Of a stretch of 20,000 nt of DNA, positions 1 through 12,000 are shown piece by piece (within the stretch, counting starts at the first letter, position 1; each line of letters opens with the position of its first letter). The notes under the pieces were generated by a model. The model made no database searches and was not told where the DNA came from. It saw nothing but the letters and a program-made list of their open reading frames with translations. Source of the DNA: Rhizodiscina lignyota (taxonomy: Eukaryota); assembly GCA_010015805.1 (NCBI GenBank), contig ML978123.1:3216798-3236797 (forward strand), in the 5' to 3' direction. The translations under genes and the position numbers were made by a program.

Positions 1-2
1 GC

Positions 3-3000
3 AGTGCAAAGCGAGATGCAGACGAACGATCAGAGACAAGCAAAACGAGTACTAAATCTCAACGCTCAAGCAAGTATGATGAGGAGGACAACGAGAGACG
101 CAGGAAAAAGAAATCAAAGTCAAGGAGCTATTCGCCTGACGAGCCTGAGGAACCACCGTCGAAAGTTGTAGAAACATCATCGAGTCGCAAAGAGAAGCGA
201 AGAAGCAAGGACAAGCGAGACACCGCGGATGACGAGTCTTTTTTAGGGGATCGGGCAGAGGATAACGAGATGGCGCCTCTGCCCTCCACCGTGGTTGCGG
301 CGGATGCAGCAAGTGCTGTTGAAGAAGCGGCCAGGGAAAAGACGCCATCGGGTGATGAGCGAGAGGCATTGTCAGAGCATGACGGTGCGAGAAAGATGCC
401 CGAATTGGGAAGCGCGACTTGGCGAGAAGATGTGGAACAACTTGCGAATCTATCAGCACTTCCGGACTCTCGACCGACTTCTCCCATTGAAGTTGGTAGT
501 GCAGAGGACCTACCGAGGTTGCCTGATAGCATGCCACCTTCTCCCACACCATCTGAGAAGGCATTCGAAGCTGGTGCGCTTGCTGATTTGCAGAAGAGCT
601 TGGCAGAATCACGATCGGAGGCAGCCCGAAGATCTGCTGCACCAACACCACCAAGACCAGCACCTTTGGTTACATCGAGAACTTACTCGCCGACTGCAAT
701 TCCTGTTCGCTTCAAGCCACTTCCACCGTCTCCGGCCGCAAGCCGATCGAGATCAGTGGAGCCAGATGCACAACGCCTCTGGAATGTGGACCCTTTCGAC
801 ACGACAGAATCTGTTCGCTCTTCACCACGTCATGCGAAGAGTGTTTCCGTCGAGAGCCCAGTGTCTGCTTCGTTCCGGACGAATACCCAAGAGATGCGGC
901 CGCTGTATCTTGTTGAGCGCAACCGCTATCGACGGAGCTGGAGCGGACCTGATGCATCTACGCCGCCTGCACGTGGACTGGCTGTTCAAGAACTTGAAAC
1001 GCTGCCAAGTCTTCCTAGTAGTAGAGCGAGTAGCGTACTGGGAGGTGAAGAAGCGATCCAGAAGGAAATCTCAACACCTGGTTGGGAAGAGGTACTTGAA
1101 GATGAGAGACGCGAGGAAGAAGGCTTAGCTGGATTCGCGACTCACTATGAAAGGGACGACGAGTATCTCGACTCGGAGCAGGCGACGCCGAAAGCTACAG
1201 TATTCCCTCCAAGGCCATTTGATGTAGTTGAGCCGAAGGTTGAGCCCGTTGCTCAGGACGTGACACCCTTGATGGTTGAGAGGGCGACCACCGAGCAGGA
1301 GCGTATAGTTTCAGCTCTGCACGACAAACCGTTCAGTATAGAGGACCAAAAGAGCGTTCCAACGCCTCAGGAGCAGGATGACGTGGGATTTGAAGAACCT
1401 GTCTTTGGCACCCCTCAAGAGGTCGTCGACTCGGAATCTGAAGTACTGGACTACTCCACACCCCCACAAGAGTTCGATGTGCCGAACTCTGACGAACTTG
1501 ACTATGTCAGGCCAGAAGAGGTTCATGTTCCGACGTCCGAAAAGGTTGATATCCCGAAGCACGAAGAGCTGGGAGCGCAAAAGCTGGAAGAGCTTGAGGA
1601 GTCAACGCTGGAAGAGCCTGACGTCCAGAAGCCGGAAGATCTTGTCCTTCACAAATCCGAAGAGCTTGAAGACTTGGCGCTGAAAGAAGTTGTCATAGAG
1701 AAGCCCGAAGTGCTCGACGTTCAGAAACCCGAAGAGCTTGACCGCTCTTTTTCTCGAGAGCTTGATGCGCTGAAGTCTGACGTCCCGAAGCCCGAAGATT
1801 TGGACGTTCAGAAGCCTGAAGAGCTTGATGTGCAGTGGCCCGACGTTCGAAAAGCCGAAGGCCTCGAGGCCCATAAGCCCGAAGAAATTGAGAGGCAAAC
1901 CCTCGATGAGCATCAGACCATTCCGCTTTTACCCATAACCTTGCAAGATGAGGACTCTGCAATCATTCCTGAGGGTGGCCGGCCCGAGTTGACACGCGAT
2001 GTCTCTCCAGGATCTCAGAGCCCAGTTCTTGCTGCTGAGAGTCCCAAGTTCTCTGCAGTTGATGACAAGACAGAGCTGGCCGAACCTGAACCCTCATATC
2101 CAGGATTACCGCTGAGTAGGCCGGAGTCGCCGTACGAAAGGCCTCCGTCACACCCTGCGTTCGATGTTGACGCCGGACACGATCGCCAGCTTCCTGATGA
2201 AAGTGTACGGTTGACGAGACCGCTGGACGAGGTTGAACTGAGGGATGCATATCCCACACTTCCTCAGAGTAGACCAGATTCTCCATACGAGGAGCCGGAA
2301 CCATCATCCAGCAATTTCAAGAATATTGCGGCTGCAGCACTCGCAGGAGGTACTGCTGCGTACTTGGGACATGAGGTACTTTCGACTCGCGATCGATCCG
2401 AACCTGACATCTCTGTGCATGTCAAGGAAATGGCAGCACCTGCACTCGAGAGAATCCCGTCAATTACGCCCCAGCCAGCTGCTGAACCTGACAAGGACGT
2501 AGGTGAACCATTGACTGTAATCGAAGCCCCATCTGAACAGCCTGAGCACGGGGTGGTTGAGGACCATCAAGTAATTGAAGCACCGATCGAACAAGCTAAA
2601 CAGTCGAATATCAGAGAAGTGGCGGAACCCGCTCTTGAGGGAGTTCCTCCGATCACATCCAAGAATGATACTGAGTCTGCCGCTGACAAGGGTGAATCAT
2701 TGACTTCCATCGAAATCCCAACTCAATTTCCTGACCAGCAAGTGGTCGAAGATAAATCAGTGATGGAAGAGCCGACCGAGCAAACTGAACAACTGGTGCC
2801 GGCAATCGAAGCTCCCATTGAGCATCCCGAGCAACATGTGGTCGAAGATAGATCAGTGACCGAAGAGCCTATCGGACAGACTGAGCAATTAGTACCTGAC
2901 GATGCCGGCGAGCCTACGGCTACTGCGGTCGAAGCTACGGCCGAAACCGAATTCCCCGATCAGCTCTCTCGCCGCGACTCAACAAGAGGCAAGAAAAAGA

Positions 3001-6000
3001 AGACCAAAGGGAAAAAGAAGAGCGGCGCTGCCACACCTGTGGTCGAAGAGACTGTTAAGGAAGAGCCGTCCATAGCTACTGAGCTACAAGAGGGTGTCGA
3101 CAATATGCCAGAGCCACCAGAGCCTATTGCGGGACCTGTGTCTTCAACTTTTGATATTGAGGCTCAAACATTCGTGCCTACAGACGGTGATATCGAGGTT
3201 CAAGAAGAGGAACTGGCTCGCGATGATTCGGAAAAGCAAGAGTTCGAGCTATCCGAGCAGACCACAGAGCCAACACCGCCGTCACTTCTCACCAGGACAA
3301 AATCGAAAGGCAAGGGAGCGAAGAAGGGAAAGAAAGGCAAATCACTTATCCCTGAAGAACCCGCTGCTAGCGAATCAGTTAGCGAGGGCGATAGTGCACA
3401 GCGCGAACTTACACAAGAAGCCGAAGCAGAGCCACCATTTGTAACATCTTCGAAGAAGTCAAAGAAGGGCAAAGGCAGAAAGGGCAAGCAACAAGATGAC
3501 TGGATCGAAGAACAGCCTGTTGCCGAACCTGTACCTGAGATTGTCGTTGATCGGGCCATATCGGACGAACCATCGCAACCGATGAGCGAATCTGCTGAGC
3601 TCGGGTCTATCACTCCAGGAAAGAAAGGCAAGAAGGGCAAAGGCAAGGGAAAGAAGGGCAAGAAGCAGGACGATTCTTGGGAAGACGAAGCGACCGAGGA
3701 GCCCACTACCGAAGCTGCAGCCGCCACTGTGTATCCGGAGCAACTGCATGAGCGGTCTGGTATCAGCGAAGAAGAAACAGTCCAAGATCGCACTGCAGAA
3801 ACTCCAGTCGTCACCGTAGATCCATCGGAGCAGCAAAATGAGCCAACTGATATCAAAGATGAGGACATAGTCCAAGAGCGCAGTACGGGAACTCCAGTCG
3901 CTGTTGTATACCCGCCGGAGCAGCAAGATGAGCTTGCCAGCATCAGGGAGGAGTATCACAGGGAATTTGAGCATCCCAACGGCGGACCTTCAGATCAACC
4001 AACGCCGGTCGTGGAACACGAAGACCCGTTTCTCACAACGCCAATCCTTGAGATGCAGTCTTTTGAAGTCCCTCTTGCCGGACCTGCTGTGGAAAAGGCT
4101 GATCCGTTCGATGCACAGCAGCTACCAGAACAACGCGAGCTTGATGTACCTACGCCTCGTCCAATCCTACAGCATGCGATCACCTCACCAGTACCTTTCA
4201 CTGAACCATTGCTGGAAGAAGAGGAACCACCTTTTGTTGATGCTGTAGACCAATTTCAAGAGCCGGAGCACATCGCAGAGCCTCTCGAAGAGTCAATTAT
4301 CGAAGATGGCCAGCAGAAAGGCTTCATTCTACCTGAATCAGTTCCATTACCGGAAGATGAGATGGAGCTTGCTGAATTGGAGGAGCAAATCTTCGAACTG
4401 GATCACCAACTGCATGGCGAGAGAGAAGAAACACCCGCTGCAGTGCCAATTCCCGAAACAAAAGCGTTGATGGAGTTCGACGAAGGAGGGCGAGATCTTC
4501 ACCCTGGATCTGTCGTGCCGCATAGCATTGAGAATGCAGAACGGGCAGCACCGTTTGTTGCAGACACATCAATTGATTCAGTACCGGAAGTTCCTCAAGA
4601 CGAATTTGCCATGCACGAGCCACAGGTTCCTCAAACCGACGAATCTGAATACCAAAATATTGCGCAAACAGCAGGAGGAGAGACAATCGACATTCAGCAG
4701 CTCCATCAAGAGCCCATACAACGAACTCCAACGCCAGTGCGAGATTCATTGAAGGAGATGCTCATGCGTGTCGCATCTGAACATCAACCTGAGTCTGAGG
4801 CATTATTTGATCGACCCACAATGCCGGAACTTGCCGGCCAATCAGGCCGCGATGCTGACGTGTCAGAGGTCCCACTCGGTGAAGAAGTCGTCCCATATGA
4901 GAGCGAAATTGTTCCCCGGGCTGCCTCAGAGGACACTTCGCTCCCACTGGCCGTTGACAAGGACGTCAACGTCGCCGAGGAGTCGAGTATCCGAGAGCCT
5001 GAACAAGAGGTCCAAGCTGCAGAGTCGATATATGATATGCCTACTGAACACTTTGATACTCACCGCTCAGGAGCTGAGGATGAGTTGATGCGCCCGTCGG
5101 AACGCTACGACAATATTCAAGAGGCGCCTCTTGAGCACCGATCATCTTCGCCAGTTGGAGAACATTTGCACGTGGAGACGGTCTCTCTTCCGCATACGCT
5201 GGATCACGACTTGTCCAAACCTATTGAAGAACCTCAACAGCTGCCTGCATCTCGCGATACCGCTCAACACGACAGACTGCATGACGCCGAGAATGTCGAG
5301 CGACCTGCAATTGAAAGTCATGTTGATGAAATCGCGATCTCCAATTCCCCCACGGCCGAGGGAGATCATGTTAAGCAAGGGTCAATCGACGAGCTGCAGC
5401 ATGCACACGAGTCGAGAGAAATTCCAATACCTGGCTCATTCGGCGAAGATTTCCCACAGGCCGAAGGTCAGCCGACAGCGCGCGAATTGGAGATCGCCCA
5501 AGAACTCGAAGCGGAGGAAGAAATTCCACCCGTCGAAGAGGAGTTGCAGCCTGTGTATCACTCTGAAGGAGTTGTTCTACCGCGATCTTTAGAGGAAGAC
5601 GATCAGCAAATCGAAAGTCAACCGACAGAACGCGAATTAGAGATCGCCCACCAACTTGAAGCGGAAGAGGGTCTTCCTGTCGAACAGGAACTGCAACCTG
5701 TGCAACACGCTCAAGAGACTGCGATTTCCGAGTCCCTGGGCGGAGATGGTCAGCAATTCGAAAGTAAGCCTGCAAAACCTCAATTGGAGATTGCCTCAGA
5801 ACTTGGCGGCAGAGAAGAGATCCCGCATATCGAAGAGAAAGTGCAACCTGCGCACCAGCTTGAAGAAATCACCGTTCCCAGCACTTCTGAAGAGGATAAG
5901 CAACAGTTTGAAAGCCAACCAACTGGACGTGAACTGGAACTTGCGCGAGATGTTGAGGCTGAAGATGATGTTCCTCATGGCGAAGGTAGCATCCCTGCTG

Positions 6001-9000
6001 TTGTCCCAGTTGCAGGTGGTGTGCAGCCTGCCGAAGAAATTCAACTCGAAGAACAACCCCGTCTGGAGGGTCAACCAGAGGAGCGCGAGCTGGACCTTCC
6101 CCGTGACATAGAGGCCGAAGACAAAATTCCTCGTGACGAAGAAGTTCAGCATGCTACAGATATCGCAGCTTTCCACGATACTCGACCCTCCGACGATATT
6201 CAGCCTTCAGAAGAAGTCCAAGCTGGGGAGGTCCAACTCGGAGCCGCTCAGCCTGAGGAAATTCCATTTGAACCTGAAAGCCAACCGGCAGAACACGAAC
6301 TGCAGCTTGCAAAGGATATCCCAGCCGAAGAAGAATCCCTCCGTGATGAAATGATTGAGTCTGCTACGGATATCCCACATATCCAGACTTCCCAGGGAGC
6401 TAATCTCGACGACAGCAAACATGCTCAGCACAGTGCTGTTCCATCTGAAGAAGCTGAAGCTGAAGCACCTCGGCCTGAAGGAACTCAACCGGCGTTGAAA
6501 ATTTTGCCAAAAGATGATGAACTAGAGCTTGCCCGAGATATCCGGCCAGCTGCAAATATCGAACCCTCCCGAGATATTCAGAAGCCCGAAGAAATCCAGG
6601 ACCACGCAATTCCACCTCAAATGCTTCCCGAAGAGGCCGAACCGGAGAGATCTCAACTCGATGAACCTCAGCAGGAATCTCTCCATGCCTATGAACATTC
6701 ATTCCAAGAACCTCAAACAGAGTTTGAAAGCCAGCCAGTAGAGCGCGAATTGGAGCTTGCAGATGACATCAGAACCAAAGATGAAATCCTTCGTGACGAC
6801 ATCCAATCTGCTGCAGATATCCATGCTCCCGAGGATATTCAACCTTCCGAGGAAGTCCAAGCTGATGATGAATCTTGGTCGCGTCCTGGAAAGAAGGGTA
6901 AAAAGGGCAAGAAAGGCAAACGGGGATCTTTGACTGCCAGTGCATCCGTTGGTGCTGCTACTGCTGCTGCCGCCGGAGCGCTTCTACTGGATGAGAATGC
7001 TGGAAATGATGCGCAAGATGCACCAAAGAACTTGGACGAAGAGGCCAATGTCGAGCCGCTCGCACGAACAGCAACAGAATCGTCGCTCCAGGAGCCAGCA
7101 CCCGAAGCTACAACCCAATTGCTGCAGGAAGCTGAGGCGGACAACGAATGGACATCTTCGACTGGAAAGAAAGGAAAGAAGGGTAAGAAAGGCAAAAAAG
7201 GGAAGCAGTCTCGTTCTGTATCAACAAGCGGGACTACCACACCTGCAGCAGAATCTGAAAGCTTGCAACACATGGACATTCCACCAGTTCCGCACATTCC
7301 TACCGATATCGATGCCCTCCAAGAGCGCGGTATCACGTCCGAGCCTGAAATCCCACAGGAGCCGGAGACTTTGCAGGAACCAGAAGTTTCGCGAGAGCCG
7401 GAAATAGTTCAAGAGCCTGAGGCCTTGCCAGAGTCTGAAATCTCACAGGAGCCAGAAGTCTTAAAAGAGCCAGAAGTTTCGCATGAACCAGAGGCGATGC
7501 AGGAACCGGAAGTCTCGCCCGAGCCAGTAGTCTTGCAGGAACCGGAGATTTCACAGGAGTTAGATGTTCCGCAGGAGCCTGAAGTCCTGCAAGAGCCAGA
7601 AAGTTCGCAGGAGCGAGACATCGTACCTGAATCGGAGCTTGCTATCGAGGATGGTCTGGCGCAAGGTAGAGAACTTCCCTCTGAGCCTGGACCGAGTGCC
7701 GAGGTCGAAAAGTCTCTCGAGGAAACGCAAGAGGCAGGAGAAGGCGAGTTTGCCTTGCCGACCAAGACCAAGAAATCAAAGAAGGAGAGGCGAAAGGAGA
7801 AGAAAGGGAAGCCTGCTCTTCCAGAAGAATCCTCGATTGACACGAGCTCTGAGCATATCGCCGTGGGCGAGAGTGCCAGTCGATCAACGCAAGACCTTTT
7901 GGAGCCAGTCCAGCCAGAAGCACCAAGTGAGAATGTCGAGACAGTCCAACAAGACCCAGAAGCAGCTGTGGAGGAAGAGTGGTCTTTGCCAGCCAAGAAA
8001 GGCAAGAAAGAAAAGCGCAAAGACAAGAAGAAGAAGGGCAAGACTGCCGCTGCAGATGACGATGTCTCCCAAGCACTGGTTGCCGCTGATACCGATACTA
8101 TTGGTGCTGAGACAATGGATGTGGATGATATCGTGCAGCAGACTGAGCATCCTACGACTGCCGCAGGTGCATTATTCGAAGAAGAACCAGTCGCAGACAT
8201 TCCTTCCGATGATCCAGCATTCCACCAACCTTCAGAAGTCCCTCAGGCTCTCGATCAACTGGAGCGGTTGTCTTCAAGGGAAATTGTGGATGAGCCATCT
8301 GGTGCAGTTATTGCCGCTCTTCCAAAGGATACTGATGATCTTGAGCAAGTACAGCAGGACAAGGATGTCGTGGAGTCTGCTCCCAAAGAACTGGTTCAAG
8401 GCGATGGTACTCAGGCTGTGGCTGACGACAATATCTCTCGCGATCAGACTGAAGATGCTGAGGAGGATCAGCCTTTGGAGTCCAGTACAAAGAAAGGCAA
8501 GAAGGACAAGCGAAGGGACAAGAAGAAAGGCAAAAAGGGTACGCCAACTCCCAAGTCTGACAATCCCACACCAAGAGCAACATCACCGGAAAGAGATGAT
8601 GTCCCCGCTGTCAATCCAATGCCAGCCGCAGAGCAGCAAGAAGCAGAACCGCAAGTCGAGGAACAGCCAGCTGTATCCGACGAGAACATGCCCGAAGAAT
8701 CGCAGCAGCCCGAGCATATCTTACCTTTCGAACCAACGCCTGATGATACGCGCAATTTCATCTATGGTAACGTCGATCGTGATGTCGAAGAGATGGACAC
8801 GCAGGACGAGGAAGTTCAGAATCCCACAAGTCCAGACGAGACGCGCAATTTCATCTATGGAGACACGACGGATGCTCCTCGCAACATCTTAACTGGACAG
8901 CATGACATTATGATGTCCGAACCAGACTTCTTGAAGCCTGCTGCATCGCATACAAGCGAATCAGACATCTCTCCAAGGACGATTCCCACGACACCTCAAC

Positions 9001-12000
9001 CGGAAGAAGCAAATGTCGATTCAGATTCTCGCGACATTGCAGAAGATGGTGGAAAGGATCCCTCCGTTATTGAATCGCATGACGTCGCAGCTCCCGTAGT
9101 TGCAGATGGGGCCGAGACGATCGCTATCATTGCTCAGCCGGAGGAAGCTGCCGTCCATTCAGGTTCTCACGACGTTGCAGAGCCAGATCTGGGGCATGCC
9201 TCTGGCATTGAAACTCATGATTTTGCAGCTCCCGTAGATGCCGATGCGACCAGCGCCGGTGCTCTCACTGCTGCTCATTACATATCTGAGCAACGACGTG
9301 AGCAGCCAGACGATACCGAAATACAAGAATCAAACACGCAAAAGGTCGACGAGTTACACGAGCCCATCATACCCGAGGCCGATTACAATGCCCCAAACAA
9401 TTCAAAGGATTCAACAGCGGCCAACGAACCGCTGATGATTGATGAACGCGCGCCCAGCGAGGTAGCTGATGTTCCAGGGGCGGAAAACCGCGACATCATT
9501 CCACCCATTTTGGATGATGCGTCTTTGCCTGATGCTCCTGCTGTCGACAAAACTGAGTTGCAAGAAGTACCGCAGCCGGTGAGCGAGATTCATGATGGCC
9601 ATGTCCGAGAAGACGAAGTTCACGATGGCCAAATCGATAATGCACAAATCCAAGAGAGCGAAGATCATGAGGGACAACTTCATGAGGGCGATGTCATTGA
9701 GAGTAAGCTCTACGAGAATGAAGTGCCGAGAAACACCATCAGACACGTCGATGAGCATGTCGAGGATTCAGTCATAGAGCCTCGGCCTCAACACACAATC
9801 ATGCATCATGAGAATATCACACTTCCGGATGCGCCACTTGAGGAATCAGAGGAATTGAAAGATGTCCCAGAACCTTCTGAAACAACCCGCGATATCGCTA
9901 TGGACGATGAGGACCTTCACGAACAATCCCGCGCTGTCCATGAAGCAACAGTGGAAACAGAGGCAGCGACATCTCCTACACGTAATGCAGCTAAGAACGT
10001 CGACTTTACTGCTACTGTTGCAGCGGGACTGCAGGACTCTGGCTTGGACCCTAATCTTGTACTCGGTGACCCAAGCTTTCTGAACACGTCGCGTTCTCCT
10101 GGACCTGAACAAAGTGCATTGGATGATGAATTCAAATCCCCACCCAGGAACCGCCGAAGGGGCAGAGCTAGCCGAACTCCATCCGACCGGTCAATGCGTG
10201 AGAGTATGGAGGCGACACTTGTCGACCCAGTACCCGTTGAACAGGCGATGGGAGACGACTTTGAGAAAACAGTCGCGGATGGCCTTTCACAAGCAGGTTT
10301 CGATGCGGATACAATTATGAAAGAAGCTGCCTCATCCGGTCATCAATCGTCGACTGAGCCAGTTGAGCTGGAGCCTGAAGAATTCTTCACGATGAAAAAG
10401 AAGAAGAAGAAGGGCAAGAAGGGCAAGGGAACCACCACCTCGACTCCAGCTGAAGCGCCAATTCAGGAACCAGTGCTCGAGCCGGTAGCAGAGCCAATCG
10501 CAGAACCAGAGCAAATCCAAGAACCCGAGCTGGTCCGAGATGTCCGAGATGTGGAGCCCGTGCAAGACCCGGAAGCCGACCAAGAACCAAAGTCGATCCA
10601 AGTGCCAGAGCCAATTCGGGAAGCAGAATCGATCCAAGTGCTGGAGCCACTCCAAGAGCCAGTAACAGAGCCAGTAACAGAGCCAGTCACACAGTCAATC
10701 CAAGAATCAGTTCGAGAGCCAGTTCAAGACCCGATCCACGAGCCAATTCAAGAGCCAATCCACGAAGTTGAGCCAGAGTCGATTCAGGAGCCTGTATATG
10801 AAAAGGAACCAGACTCAGAGCAAGCACCGCCTCTGGAATCCGAGCTGGAACCCGCTGAAGGCACAGTCCTGCACTCACAGCAAGAGCCCATGCAAGCTCC
10901 AGTTTCGGAGATTGCGAGAAGAGATGATGGAGTAGAATACATTGAACCAACTCAAGAACCCGTCCATGCATCTATTTGCGACTCGGCTCGAGATCTGGAG
11001 ATGGACAGGGCTACGGAATCAGCGCCTGAAGTTACCCTGGGACCTGTGATTGAATCCACGCATGAGTCTTTGCCTGCCACCTTGGACCATCACGAGATCA
11101 TGGATACGCCACAACAGCTAGCTGTTGACTCTATGTCTGAAACCCTGCCCACTGCTTCAGCTGATCGCAAGATCATCGACACGCCCATATTAGAAGCAGC
11201 AGAGTCGCAACAGCCTACTGCGATCGCGGAAGACAGTTCTTGGGATGTGCCAGGAAAAAAGAAAAAGAAGGGCAAGGGCAAGAAAAAGGCCAGTGGTGCT
11301 TCAACTCCCGCGATTGAGACAGACACGACAGTACCAATCTTGGAAAGGGATGTGCAAGACGAATCAGCTGGTATTGATGAAGCTCTTGAGCGTACAGCAC
11401 CGACTGAAGACATTGGGATACCTGATATACCACTTCCGAACCAAGACGCAGATATTCCAGAGCAAGCGTCCAAAGATGTGCAAGAGGAAGAGTGGGCAGT
11501 GCCTGGAAAGAAGAAGAAGAAAGACAAGGGCAAAAAGAAAGCAAGCGGAACTTCAACTCCAGCCATCGAAGCTGAATTTGCAGGGCCAATCCTGGAGCGC
11601 GAAATCATGGATGAACCGGCAGCATTGCAAGAGATTGTTGAGCCAGAGGAACCCGTCGAGCAGGAGATGACGGATGTGCTTTCTACAGAACCAGAAACTG
11701 TCGAGAAGCCTCCACAAGCCATCGAACAGGAAGTTGAGGACATGACACCAATGGACAACCATGATATCATTGAACCTGACGAAGAATGGGCGCTACCGGG
11801 AAAAAAGAAGAAGAAGGGCAAAGGGAAGAAGAATCGCGACAGCGGAATAGCAACCCCTGCTATGGAAGTCGAGCCAGTCGACGATATTCCTCCAGAATCA
11901 ATTGTTCCAGATGAACCGCAAATGCCGCTTGAGGACCCTATCCTTGCTGAATCTGTCGAGACACGTGAAATGGATGAAGCTCCAGCGGCAGAAATCACGG

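Noticed and set aside
270..272. ATG at 270 as the start of the giant protein
   Set aside because: The same frame is open from base 3 with similar S/K/E-rich coding sequence, so the gene begins upstream of the window.
7564..8892. 442-aa alternative-frame ORF on the + strand (also 295..1128 and similar)
   Set aside because: It is an R/K/S-rich shadow of the GAR/AAG/CCN-biased main frame with no recognisable domain.
1476..10815. Tandem arrays as CRISPR or non-coding satellite DNA
   Set aside because: The context is eukaryotic, the units are codon multiples with synonymous divergence inside an open frame, and there is no repeat-spacer structure.
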